A stretch of 64,000 nucleotides of DNA from an uncultured Thermoplasmata archaeon (GTDB lineage Archaea > Thermoplasmatota > Thermoplasmata > Lutacidiplasmatales > UBA184). Both the position numbers and the translations under genes were made by a program. Each line of letters starts with the position of its first letter. Within the stretch, counting starts at the first letter, position 1. The notes beneath the pieces are model-generated. The model was not told the DNA's origin and ran no database searches. It worked only from the letters and a program-made list of their open reading frames with translations. Where the stretch lies: assembly GCA_963838955.1 (NCBI GenBank), contig CAWISZ010000003.1, positions 341,121 to 405,120 on the forward strand, read 5' to 3'. This document shows, piece by piece, positions 9,265-18,194 of the stretch.

Positions 9265-10265
9265 GCGCCCTGCTTCGATCGGGTACTGAAGTAGCGTAGG
9301 TCGACCTTCTCGACGGTGCTCACGCGCGCCCGCATCGGAGTGCGGAAGCGCAGGAGGCGTTTCGCCGGGCCCGGTAGCGACCCGTGAAGAACGATGCAGG
9401 CGCTCCGGACCTCGCCGTAGTGGGGAAAGCCGCCCGCGGGAGTGATCGGGTCCGTCCGCGGATCGCGGACGACCTTGAGGACTCGCATGTTGAGCTGGGT
9501 ACGACGATGGTACCCGGTTTGCCCGGCTTGAGGGACCCTATAGGTGACGAAGCTTGGATTGTGGGGACCGAGGGTCCCGATCATGCGGCGGTGCTTGGAA
9601 TTCTTGCGCGGTTGGAGCTTGACCCCCCAGCGTTGGATGTGGCCCTGGAAACCGAAACCCTTGGTGACCCCGATGACATCGAGGAACTGGCCCTCGGCCG
9701 TGAGTTGGTCGACGGAGACCTCGGTCCCTACGGCCGTGAGCGCGAACGCGCGCCGGTCCGCGAACTGGTCGCCGGCCACCCGGACCTCGAAAATCTCCGG
9801 GGTCTTCGAGGAGACCCCCGTGATGAGGTGAGGCTGGGTGTGCACGATCAGGCGAACCTCCTCGCCTGCGGCATGCTCGAACGCTTGGCGAGCCTCGGGC
9901 GAGCTCGGCGGGTGCGGAGAGATACGCCGCCCGATCTCCTCGACCGGGTTCTCACCCCATACCTCAGCGACGACCCGCTTACCATAGGGGTTCCGGGCGT
10001 AAATCCGGGCCCCGACCGCCCGCATGGGGGGGACCTCCACGACCGTGACCGGGACGGACAATTCCTGGCCGGCGGTCGTGGATCGCTTTCGATAGTCTAC
10101 GAGGAAGGCGTGAGTCATCCCGACCTTGAACCCGGCAAACCCCTCGATCGCCGGGGCCTTCGTCGGGGGGAGCGCCCAGGTGCGGACCCGGGGGAGCGCC
10201 CGGGCGGAGCGTTTGCGGGGTGAAAAGCCGAGAGACCCTCGGCGTGGTTTATGACGTCGGGCCAT
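9261..10265 (-). CDS. rpl3: 50S ribosomal protein L3 (uL3)
   Basis: MARRHKPRRGSLGFSPRKRSAR… is the archaeal L3 N-terminus. It is the first gene of the operon. Confidence 0.9.
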   Translation of the reverse strand: MARRHKPRRGSLGFSPRKRSARALPRVRTWALPPTKAPAIEGFAGFKVGMTHAFLVDYRKRSTTAGQELSVPVTVVEVPPMRAVGARIYARNPYGKRVVAEVWGENPVEEIGRRISPHPPSSPEARQAFEHAAGEEVRLIVHTQPHLITGVSSKTPEIFEVRVAGDQFADRRAFALTAVGTEVSVDQLTAEGQFLDVIGVTKGFGFQGHIQRWGVKLQPRKNSKHRRMIGTLGPHNPSFVTYRVPQAGQTGYHRRTQLNMRVLKVVRDPRTDPITPAGGFPHYGEVRSACIVLHGSLPGPAKRLLRFRTPMRARVSTVEKVDLRYFSTRSKQGA

Positions 10266-10304
10266 AGGTCGATAGGGGGTCCTGCCTCCGGTGAGGACGG
10301 GGGA

Positions 10305-10336
10305 GAAAGGTACCCTATATAACGCCTTATCCGAAA
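10305..10336 (-). promoter_or_regulatory. Candidate BRE/TATA promoter of the ribosomal-protein operon, with an adjacent 14-nt palindrome
   Basis: On the minus strand, AAGGCGTTATATAGGGTACC sits about 50 nt upstream of the L3 start codon. Immediately beyond it is the palindrome GAAATCGCGATTTC (10322-10335). Confidence 0.4.
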
Positions 10337-10983
10337 TCGCGATTTCTCACGAGAGAAAATGGAATTTTTCCCGAGGTGGGCCGAACCCGCGTCCCGGCCC
10401 GGTACCCAATCGAGTCCCCTAGGGGCGTTTACCTGGCACTTCGACGCGCGTTTTCGACCACCCGCGCTTTCACGATGCGGGTGACCAGATCGGTGGGCCA
10501 GGGGTGATATGGAGTGACGTGAGCGGTTCCTTTTCCCCGCTCGAACGACTTCAGTTTGGCGGAGAACTCGAGTCGCACGCGGTCGCTCCCGGCACAGAAG
10601 CTGCGGTGAATGTGGAACCCGCCGAACTACACGCGCATCCCGTTCTGGCGGAACGCGGGTATCTGGGAGCTGATGAGCTCCTCGGCGTCGGGAGCGGCGG
10701 CTCGGATCGTATGGCGCAGACTGTGGAGTGCGGCCCGGAACTTGGGAGGAACGCGAGCCGGGTACTCGTCTACGGACTGCGAGCCGGCGGTCCACCGAGG
10801 GACCAAGGCGATCGCATCGACACGGAACTCGTTAACGGCCTGCGTCGCGCGAACGGAGGGACTTCTCGTGAGCGCGATCGCCGATCCGCCATTCCCGGGA
10901 AGCGAGTTTCGTAGGAGGAGGGGGCTCGGATCCGAGCCGGCCCGAGCCTCAACCATTATGGTCCGCGATCGAATCGCGACGAC

Positions 10984-12234
10984 GTGGGGAACTCTCCGAA
11001 GGCGTTTGGCGACGCGGGCCATCCCGTCGACGTCCTCGCCGCAGCCGCGCGCCTGCGCGGCCGCGTCATCCGCACTCCGCTCGTGCGCGCTCCTTCGTTT
11101 CCCGGACTCGGCGACGCCGTCGTATATCTGAAGCTCGAGAATTTCCAGACCACAGGAGCGTTCAAGATCCGGGGCGCGATCAATCGGATCGCGCAGATAC
11201 CCGAGGAGGACGCCCGGCGCGGCGTCGCTGCGGCCTCCGCCGGTAATCACGCTCAGGGCGTCGCGTGGGCCGCGCGCGATCGGGGCATTCCCGCGACGAT
11301 CGTGATGCCCGAAACCGCTTCCCCGCTCAAAATCACCCGGACCCGCGCGCTCGGCGCACGCGTCGTACTGCACGGCGCGAACTACGACGAGGCGCACGAG
11401 TACGCACTCCAGCTCGCCGCCGAAGAACGGCTGACGTACGTGCATCCGTACGACGATCCCGACGTCATCTCGGGCCAAGGCACGGTCGGCCTCGAGATCC
11501 TCGAGGACCTGCCGACGGTTCGCCGAGTATTCGCGGGGGTAGGGGGCGGCGGCCTCCTATCGGGGATCGCGGCCGGCCTCCATTCGCAGCGGAGCTCCGC
11601 CGAAGTGGTTGGGATCCAACCGTCGGGCGCAGACACGCTTCGTGCGTCGCTCGCCGCGGGCCGGGTCGTCGAGGGAGCGACACCGAACACGTTCGCCGAT
11701 GGTCTCGCGACGCGCCACATCGGTCGGCTCCCGCTCGAGATCCTCCGAGCGGTCCACGCCCGGGCGTTCGTCGTCGACGATCGCGCGATCGCACGGGCCT
11801 CCTTCCTGCTCCTCGAGCTTGCCAAGGTGCTCGCGGAAGGCGCCGGGGCCGCGGCGCTCGCCGGACTCATCGAGCACCCCGAGCTCGCCCGCGACGGCCC
11901 CGTGGTCGTCGTTGTCAGCGGCGGAAACCTCGATCCGTTCGTGCTCGATCACGTGCTCTTCATCGGACTCGCGGCGGAGGGGCGACTGCTTCGGTTGCGT
12001 TCCGCGATGCGCGACGTTCCCGGCCAGCTCGCGGCGTTCCTGAAGATCGCCTCCGATTCGGGCGCCAACGTGCGCCGTCTCCACCACGAACGCGAGTCGC
12101 CGGATCTCCCTCCCGGTCGAGTGACGGTCGAGATCGAACTCGAGGTACGGGACGGCGCGCACGGCCTCGAGGTCGAGCACGCATACCGGGCGGCCCAGTG
12201 GCCGATCGAGCGGGTTCCCATCCTGACCTCTTGA
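10984..12234 (+). CDS. ilvA: Threonine ammonia-lyase (threonine dehydratase) with a C-terminal regulatory ACT-like domain
   Basis: PLP-fold motifs …LKLENFQTTGAFKIRGA…SAGNHAQGVA…GVGGGGLLSGIA…, about 100 aa of regulatory domain, 416 aa in total. Confidence 0.8.
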   Translation: MGNSPKAFGDAGHPVDVLAAAARLRGRVIRTPLVRAPSFPGLGDAVVYLKLENFQTTGAFKIRGAINRIAQIPEEDARRGVAAASAGNHAQGVAWAARDRGIPATIVMPETASPLKITRTRALGARVVLHGANYDEAHEYALQLAAEERLTYVHPYDDPDVISGQGTVGLEILEDLPTVRRVFAGVGGGGLLSGIAAGLHSQRSSAEVVGIQPSGADTLRASLAAGRVVEGATPNTFADGLATRHIGRLPLEILRAVHARAFVVDDRAIARASFLLLELAKVLAEGAGAAALAGLIEHPELARDGPVVVVVSGGNLDPFVLDHVLFIGLAAEGRLLRLRSAMRDVPGQLAAFLKIASDSGANVRRLHHERESPDLPPGRVTVEIELEVRDGAHGLEVEHAYRAAQWPIERVPILTS

Positions 12235-12350
12235 GCGACGGAACTCCGGACCCGTCCGCGGGCCTCCCCTCTCTCCCGAGGTTAGCATCGGAAGCGAGTG
12301 CAATTGACAGGGGTAAATACCGGCACGCGCATCGTAGGGTACGGAGAACC

Positions 12351-12836
12351 ATGGCGCGCGAGACTCCTGAACCCCGTCCGGCGGTCGCTCGCCGATGGAC
12401 GGTCGGCGAAGCCAATGCGCGCCTCCCCCAACTCGACGAGGTGCTGCCCCAGCTCCGGGTCATGGTCGACCGACTGCGCGCGGTGCACGAGGAGGTCCAC
12501 CGACTCGCGTCGTTCTGGGGGCCGGAGATCGACTCGCCGGATCTTCCGGATCGCGAGCACAAAGACCGCTTGGACCAAGAATGGCGCCGTCTCACGCAGC
12601 GCATCGAGGACCGGGTCGGAGCCCTGCGCGAAGAAGGGATCGAGATCAAGGACCTCGACAGCGGCCTGATCGACTTCTACGGGACGGTCGACGGGGAGCT
12701 CGTGTTCTTGTGTTGGCAGCGCGGAGAGGACCAGATCGCCTACTACCACCCGCTCTCGGGAGGCTATCGGACCCGCCGCCCCATCGAGAAGAACGCCCGC
12801 CGCGCGACCGTGGATCCACGCGGTTCGCACTAAACC
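12351..12836 (+). CDS. DUF2203-like hypothetical protein
   Basis: A 160-aa ORF from the ATG at 12351 (MARETPEP…DLDSGLIDFYGTVDGELVFLCWQRGEDQIAYYHPLSGGYRTRRPIE). The longer upstream extension of this frame overlaps ilvA and is rejected. Confidence 0.5.
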
Positions 12837-13747
12837 GTCTCCGACGGCTGTCCGGCGAGGGCCATCTCGACCAATCCGATCCCCACGGCGAAACCGCCGA
12901 GCACGGCGACCGGGATCGTCATCAGCGACGGGATCGGGGCGGCCACTTCGATGCTGAGGAGGGCGATCGGTAGAGGGGCGAGGAGCGAGCCGAATCCCGC
13001 GGCGACACCGAAGATCGGGCGCGAAGATCGTCGCGTGCGGACGATCGCGAACGCATCGACGATCGCCACGAGAGCGAGCAGACCCGCGGTCGCCCACAGC
13101 TCCGCCACGAGCGACTCGAGCGTCGGGAACGGAGAGACGTAGATGGTCGTGCTGTTCGAGGGGGACGGGTTCAACGTCAGCGAGAGCCCGGTTGACGATC
13201 CCCCGGATACGTACACCGGCGATAGGAAGAGGTAGACCGCGGTGTAGGCGTAGGCCGTCTTCGTCGTGTTGAGCAGGATCCCGCCGCCCGGCACGTTCGT
13301 GAAGGAGAACGTCCCCGCAAGGCCCGTCGTGAACGTCGAGGATTGGTTCGCCTCGGTCGTCAGCTCCACCTCAGCGCCCGCGAGCGGTGAGCCGTTCGGT
13401 GCGACGACGGTTCCGCTCACCGTGAAGGTCGCCGGTTGCTCGGCGAGGACCCCGACGTACCCGAACGCGCCGACGAGCCCGGCGCAGATCACGAGCGACG
13501 CGAAGAGGGCGTAGATCGTGGCCGGCCGACGGTGCAGCCGAGGCGGCCGGGGGGGAATGTAGATGGGATATAGGCCGGGATAGATTTCCCAGCTGAAGAG
13601 GGGCGGCCGGTCGCGCGGGAGGACGATCGGCACCGCCGCACGACATTGGGGGCACGGGATCCATTGGGTGGCGGGGCCCGAACCGGGGAGGACGGCAAAG
13701 GTCGTGCCGCAGTGCGGACACCGGACCGAGAGCGCGCCCGACAACAT
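12830..13747 (-). CDS. Membrane protein with N-terminal zinc ribbon, Pro-rich linker, Ig-like (carboxypeptidase-regulatory-like) ectodomain and C-terminal transmembrane helices
   Basis: From the internal ATG at 13747: MLSGALSVRCPHCGTTFAV…CPQCRAAVP (two CxxC pairs), then a hydrophobic helix, an S/T/N-rich beta-rich segment (TFTVSGTVVAPNGSPLAGAEVELT…) and 3-4 hydrophobic helices. The upstream part of the 384-aa ORF overlaps the divergent DUF99 gene. Confidence 0.5.
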   Translation of the reverse strand: MLSGALSVRCPHCGTTFAVLPGSGPATQWIPCPQCRAAVPIVLPRDRPPLFSWEIYPGLYPIYIPPRPPRLHRRPATIYALFASLVICAGLVGAFGYVGVLAEQPATFTVSGTVVAPNGSPLAGAEVELTTEANQSSTFTTGLAGTFSFTNVPGGGILLNTTKTAYAYTAVYLFLSPVYVSGGSSTGLSLTLNPSPSNSTTIYVSPFPTLESLVAELWATAGLLALVAIVDAFAIVRTRRSSRPIFGVAAGFGSLLAPLPIALLSIEVAAPIPSLMTIPVAVLGGFAVGIGLVEMALAGQPSETV

Positions 13748-13795
13748 CCAACGACGACGACCCCGCGCAGGGTCATATCGTTGCGTCGGGCACTC

Positions 13796-14368
13796 GTGAA
13801 ACCGCATGTGCGGGTCGTGGGCATCGATGATGGCGCCTTCCAGCGCACCGATCGCCGGGCCCCGATCGCTGCGGTCGTGCTCTCCGTGCCCCAGTACATC
13901 GAGTCGGTGGAAGTCGGCTCGGTCGAGGTCGATGGCCACGACTCGACCGAGCGCGTCGTCGAGCTCGTGCGCCGGACCGGGCACGTCGCCGATCTACGAG
14001 CGGTCCTCCTGGACGGGGTCGTCCTCGGCGGCTTCAACGTCCTCGATCTGGATCGGCTCACGCGCGAGCTCCGTCTACCGGTCGTGAGCCTGACGCGTCG
14101 GGCTCCGGACCTCGCGCGGATCCGGGCCGCCCTCGTGAAATGGTTCCCCCGGGACGCGCGACGACGCTACGCGCTCCTTACGGCCCATCGCCTGTTTCGG
14201 GTCCCCACCTCGGGCCGATCGATCTTCGCGAGCGCCGTCGGGTGCCGGCGGGTCGACGCCCTCGCGTTGATCCGGCGGACCACCGTTCGGGGATTCTGGC
14301 CGGAACCGCTACGCCTCGCTCACCTCATCGCGTCGGCGGGAAGCCTGCGGGCGCGAGCCAAGGATTAA
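13796..14368 (+). CDS. DUF99 (UPF0215) family protein, endonuclease-V-like fold
   Basis: …VKPHVRVVGIDDGAFQRTDRRAPIAAVVLS…VEVDGHDSTERVVELV…LLDGVVLGGFNVLDL… matches UPF0215. The start is a GTG at 13796 or the TTG at 13781. The listed ATG at 13646 would overlap the divergent gene and is rejected. Confidence 0.55.
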   Translation: MKPHVRVVGIDDGAFQRTDRRAPIAAVVLSVPQYIESVEVGSVEVDGHDSTERVVELVRRTGHVADLRAVLLDGVVLGGFNVLDLDRLTRELRLPVVSLTRRAPDLARIRAALVKWFPRDARRRYALLTAHRLFRVPTSGRSIFASAVGCRRVDALALIRRTTVRGFWPEPLRLAHLIASAGSLRARAKD

Positions 14369-14393
14369 GGGGCGAGGATTCGTACCGACCTTC

Positions 14394-14501
14394 GGGCCTG
14401 TAGCTTAGCTTGGATGAAGCACTGGCCTTCTAAGCCAGCAAACTCGGGTTCAAAGGTCCCGCGGCGCACGCCGCCCGGGACGGAAGCTCCCGACAGGCCC
14501 G
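14394..14501 (+). tRNA. tRNA-Arg (anticodon TCT) with a 33-nt intron (14455-14487) in the T-loop between positions 59 and 60
   Basis: I folded it by hand. The acceptor stem GGGCCTG/CAGGCCC has 7 of 7 pairs. D-stem GCTT/AAGC, D-loop containing GG. Anticodon stem CTGGC/GCCAG with loop CTTCTAA. T-stem TCGGG/CCCGA. The T-loop TTCAAA|T becomes canonical only after removing the 33-nt insert GGTCCCGCGGCGCACGCCGCCCGGGACGGAAGC, which is itself a nested hairpin. Discriminator G; CCA is not encoded. Confidence 0.6.
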
Positions 14502-14526
14502 CCCCGTCCCGAGCGCTGCCCGAACG

Positions 14527-15747
14527 CTACCCGGACGAGATTCGGTCCGGTGAAGCGCCCTGCTCGATGAGTCGCCGATAGATCTCGGATATTCGGGTGG
14601 CCATCGCATCGATCGACGCCGTCGTGCGGACGAACGTGCGGGCGTTCTCCCCCATGCGTCGCCGCTCCTCCGGGCGATCGACCAGGGTGATGATCGCGCG
14701 GGCGAGCGCCTGGGGGTCCTGCACGGCGACCCGCCGACCGGTGACCCCGTCCGCGATGATCTCCGCCGGACCGCCGACCTCGGGGCCGATGCATGGGGTC
14801 CCGCATGCCATGGCCTCGAGCATCCCGATGCTGGCGGTATCGCTCGTCGAGGGGAGCACGAAGATCGAGGATTGAGCGAGCAGTGCGCCCTTCTCCGCCT
14901 CCGCGACGGGTCCGACGTAGCGCACGCGACCAGAGAGGCGTGCATCGCGCGCGATGCGCTCGCGTACCGCAGCCTCTTCCGGCCCCGTTCCGCCGACGAT
15001 CGCGACCATGTCGGTGTGATCGGCGGCGTTCGCGATCGCGTCCAGGAAGCGGTGCACGCCCTTGTCTACCGTCAGCCGTCCGAGGTACGTAACGAGGGGA
15101 TCGGTCGGAAGTCCGCAGCGCGTCCTCCAGTCCGGGACGCTCAGGCCGGGGTGAAAACTGTCGAGATCGATGCCGTTCGGGATGACCTCGACGGGCCGGC
15201 GGAACGGCTTGGAGGCATGGGCGAGGAGCGCGGACCGTGCGGCCTGCGTCGGCGCGGTGGTGATGTTGCATCGCCAGTACAGGCCGACATTGTACCACCA
15301 CGCGAGCCGGAAGAACGTGGGGATCAGCCACTTCGCCGGAACGCTGTCCTGCATCGCTCCGAGATTCGTGTGGAACGTGCCGACGAGCGGGGCGTGGAGA
15401 TGTCGGGCGAGCAGGAAGCCCATACTGCCGATGAACCCCGGGGAGTGAAGGTGGACGACATCGGCGTTGGACAGAACCCGCTCGCTCGAACGCGCCCACA
15501 GCGGAAGGACGGAGGAGAACAGGGGCTGGGAGTACTGCGTGTAGAGCGGCACCGGGAGCGAACGGAAACGCACTACCCGGACCCCACCCTCGATCGACTC
15601 CCGAGTCGGCTCTCCCCGCACCGCGTGAGGCGCGTACACGTGGACCTGGTGACCCTGCCGGGCAAGCGATCGCGCCAGACCGTCGACGGTCACGGCGACA
15701 CCGTCCCGCGTCGGAAGGTAGGAGTCGGTGAAGAATGCGATCTCCAT
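14527..15747 (-). CDS. Glycosyltransferase, family 4 (GT-B)
   Basis: 406 aa from the ATG at 15747 (MEIAFFTDSYLPTRDGVA…). C-terminal GT4 signature …FVLPSTSDTASIGMLEAMACGTPCIGPEVGGPAEII…. Confidence 0.8.
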   Translation of the reverse strand: MEIAFFTDSYLPTRDGVAVTVDGLARSLARQGHQVHVYAPHAVRGEPTRESIEGGVRVVRFRSLPVPLYTQYSQPLFSSVLPLWARSSERVLSNADVVHLHSPGFIGSMGFLLARHLHAPLVGTFHTNLGAMQDSVPAKWLIPTFFRLAWWYNVGLYWRCNITTAPTQAARSALLAHASKPFRRPVEVIPNGIDLDSFHPGLSVPDWRTRCGLPTDPLVTYLGRLTVDKGVHRFLDAIANAADHTDMVAIVGGTGPEEAAVRERIARDARLSGRVRYVGPVAEAEKGALLAQSSIFVLPSTSDTASIGMLEAMACGTPCIGPEVGGPAEIIADGVTGRRVAVQDPQALARAIITLVDRPEERRRMGENARTFVRTTASIDAMATRISEIYRRLIEQGASPDRISSG

Positions 15748-15766
15748 CCGTACGATCTCCGTGCGG

Positions 15767-16525
15767 TTACGCCTGGGTCGAGAACGTCCGCTGAATCCGG
15801 GTGAACTGCTTGAGGTCGAGCGCCGCGGCGTCGATCGACACGACGACCGCCGAGCCGGTGCTCCGCGCCTCGTCGGTGAGCCAGGCCGCGAACTGGACCA
15901 TCGTGTCGGTGGGCTCTTCGGCGAGAAGGAAGTCGAGCGCGTCGGTGTAGACGAGGGCTCCTCCGGCCATCGCCTCGCGCAGCCGACCCCCGATCTGGCC
16001 CAACGGGATCGGGCGGGCCACCTCCCCCGGCGCACTCGCCGAGGTCAAGCTCAGCTCGACACGTCGCGCCGCGGGGAGCCCGGGCAGTGCCGGAGGGTGC
16101 AAGGACAGTAGGATCGTCCGGGGAAAATCTGCCAGGACCGCGGCGACGAGCGCGAGAGCGCGGGACGGATGCGGCTCGTTGACGAGGTAGCTCTGGCGAG
16201 GGACGACGTGGACGGTCCCGCCTCCGGGCGACCAGCTGCGCGGAGGCGGGGGCCCGTTCGCGAAGAGGACATCGGCGCGCGTTCGAGGGGGCCCGAGCAT
16301 GCTCCGTCGTCGGAGCTCGACCTCGTCCTCGACTCGCGCGAGTCGGCCCTGCACGAGGAGGCGGAGCTCGGAGGCGGTGTACCCCTCGGAGACGTGCTGG
16401 AGGATATCCTTGAGCGCGGTGCGGATCCCCTCGCCGAACCCTTCGGCATACGCCCGGGCACGCTCCTCGTCCGCCGGCGGATCGCCGTTGTCGCGCGCGT
16501 CCCCGGTGCTCGTCCGATCCGTCAC
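15767..16525 (-). CDS. DUF835-like domain protein (hypothetical)
   Basis: The C-terminal half (…GGALVYTDALDFLLAEEPTDTMVQFAAWLTDEARSTGSAVVVSIDAAALDLKQF…) has the DUF835 architecture. There is no P-loop. Confidence 0.45.
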   Translation of the reverse strand: MTDRTSTGDARDNGDPPADEERARAYAEGFGEGIRTALKDILQHVSEGYTASELRLLVQGRLARVEDEVELRRRSMLGPPRTRADVLFANGPPPPRSWSPGGGTVHVVPRQSYLVNEPHPSRALALVAAVLADFPRTILLSLHPPALPGLPAARRVELSLTSASAPGEVARPIPLGQIGGRLREAMAGGALVYTDALDFLLAEEPTDTMVQFAAWLTDEARSTGSAVVVSIDAAALDLKQFTRIQRTFSTQA

Positions 16526-17013
16526 GCCGGGGCCCGGCTCCGTCCGGGGGGCTCCGCCACCGGCGCCGGTCCCTTGGAACCGCCGCGCGGGGGCCGGCGG
16601 TCCCCGGCGGTCGACGGGGCGAACTTGTACCCGTAATGAATTACGCCCGCCCGTCCTTCCTCGCGGAGTTTACGGAACATCGCGTGGACGGGCATTCCGA
16701 TCTCGACCTCGGCCGGATCGACGTCGACGACCTGTCCGGTGAGCATCGGCCCCTCCACCGTCTTCACGAGCGCGAGCACGTAGGGGACCTGCATCTCGAA
16801 TCCCTCCGCTGCGTCGTGGACGATCGAGAACGAGAAGACCTCGCCGTCCCCGGAGAGCTGGAGCGGCACCATCTTGCCGATCGAGTGGCGGTGGTGCGTG
16901 CAGGTAGGACATACGGAGCGCGGCGGGAAGTACACGGTGTTGCAGATCGAGCACTTCGATCCGCCGAGATTGTACCGGCGAGGAGTTTCGCGCCAGAATC
17001 GTGCGATCGACAT
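16522..17013 (-). CDS. DUF35 Zn-ribbon/OB-fold protein, scaffold partner of the archaeal thiolase/HMG-CoA synthase complex
   Basis: …GSKCSICNTVYFPPRSVCPTCTHH… zinc ribbon followed by an OB fold. It lies immediately downstream of the thiolase and HMG-CoA synthase genes. Confidence 0.8.
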   Translation of the reverse strand: MSIARFWRETPRRYNLGGSKCSICNTVYFPPRSVCPTCTHHRHSIGKMVPLQLSGDGEVFSFSIVHDAAEGFEMQVPYVLALVKTVEGPMLTGQVVDVDPAEVEIGMPVHAMFRKLREEGRAGVIHYGYKFAPSTAGDRRPPRGGSKGPAPVAEPPGRSRAPA

Positions 17014-17022
17014 GGTCCCCTC

Positions 17023-18192
17023 CTAGTTGGTCCTCTCGAGCAGATGGACCACGCTCGTAGCCCCCGTCCCGCCGACATCGTGCGCGAGCCCGAGGGTCGC
17101 TCCGGCGACCTGTCGGTCCTTGGCGTCGCCTCGGAGCTGGCGGACCAATTCGACGACCTGGGCGACCCCCGCGGCCCCGAACGGGCGTCCCTGCGCCTTG
17201 AAACCTCCGGAAGTGTTCACCACCACGCGGCCACCGCGGCCGAACTCGCCCGCCGCGAACGCAGCGCCCGCGGCTCCCTTCGCCACGAACCCGATGTCCT
17301 CGAGCGCGACGAGCGCTCCGATCGAGAAGCCATCGAAGATCTCGGCGATCTGTACGTCCTCCGGCGCCCGCCGGGCCTGCTGGAACGCTCGACGGGCCGC
17401 CACGGCGGTCGAGTCGAGCGTCGTGATGTCGCGCCGGTGGTGGACCGCCATCGTGTCGCAGGCGACCTGGCTCGCTGAAATGTGGATCGGAGTGTCCGTG
17501 TACTTGCGCGCGCCCTCCAACGGGCCGAGCACGACCGCGGCGGCCCCGTCGGAAAGGGGGGCGCAGTCGAGCATGCCGAGGGGCTCCGCGACCGGGGTGG
17601 CACCGAGGACCTGCTCGAGCGTGATCTTGTTGCGGTAGTGCGCGTTGGGGTTCTTCCCCGCCATCTCGTGGTCCTGAACGGGAACCGCCGCGAACTCTTC
17701 GCGCTTGGTCCCGTAGTCGTGCATGTGGCGTCGGGCGATGAGCGCCCAGAGGCCGGGAAGCGTGGCGCCGAAGACGACCTCCCATTCGTGGTCCGCGGCC
17801 GAATCGGCGATCTGGTTGCCGGTGATGTCCGGTACGTCCGTCAGCTTCTCAGCGCCTCCGACCACGACGAAGTCGTACTGCCCGCTCGCCACCGCGAGGT
17901 AGCCGGCGTGCAGCGCGAGCGCACCCGAGGCCCCTCCGCCTTCCACCCGAACGGCGGGTAGATTGCGGTTTCCGAGTCCGGCGTAGTCGAGGATCAAGGG
18001 AGCGATCTGCTCCTGATCGATGAGGCGGCCGGCGGACATGTTGCCGAGGAAGAGGCCTTGGAGCTGGCCGGACTCGAGCTTCGCATCGACCAGCGCCTGG
18101 AGACCGGCCTCGATGCCGATCTCCCGGAACGATCGATCCCACAGCTCTCCGAACTTCGTCTGTCCAGCGCCGAGAACGGCGACCTCGCGCAT
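17023..18192 (-). CDS. Acetyl-CoA C-acetyltransferase (archaeal thiolase)
   Basis: 389 aa, MREVAVLGAGQTKFGELWDRSFREIGIEAG…, thiolase fold with catalytic Cys/His/Cys regions. Confidence 0.85.
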   Translation of the reverse strand: MREVAVLGAGQTKFGELWDRSFREIGIEAGLQALVDAKLESGQLQGLFLGNMSAGRLIDQEQIAPLILDYAGLGNRNLPAVRVEGGGASGALALHAGYLAVASGQYDFVVVGGAEKLTDVPDITGNQIADSAADHEWEVVFGATLPGLWALIARRHMHDYGTKREEFAAVPVQDHEMAGKNPNAHYRNKITLEQVLGATPVAEPLGMLDCAPLSDGAAAVVLGPLEGARKYTDTPIHISASQVACDTMAVHHRRDITTLDSTAVAARRAFQQARRAPEDVQIAEIFDGFSIGALVALEDIGFVAKGAAGAAFAAGEFGRGGRVVVNTSGGFKAQGRPFGAAGVAQVVELVRQLRGDAKDRQVAGATLGLAHDVGGTGATSVVHLLERTN

Positions 18193-18194
18193 CG

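Noticed and set aside
10660-10740. A possible C/D-box sRNA, from a GCUGAUGAGC C-box-like motif in the ilvA/L3 intergenic region.
   Set aside because: No properly spaced D or D' box (CUGA) and no terminal stem. A single 7-mer match is expected by chance.
13646-13795. The annotated ATG start of the DUF99 ORF at 13646, and the upstream part of the membrane-protein ORF (13748-13984).
   Set aside because: The two extensions overlap each other on opposite strands and do not resemble the family N-termini. Internal starts (13781/13796 and 13747) leave a sensible divergent promoter gap.
14380-14470. A first attempt to read 14394-14466 as an intron-less tRNA.
   Set aside because: The T-stem and the acceptor 3' strand do not pair without excising 14455-14487. 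The intron-containing model resolves all stems, so the gene is reported as an intron-containing tRNA.
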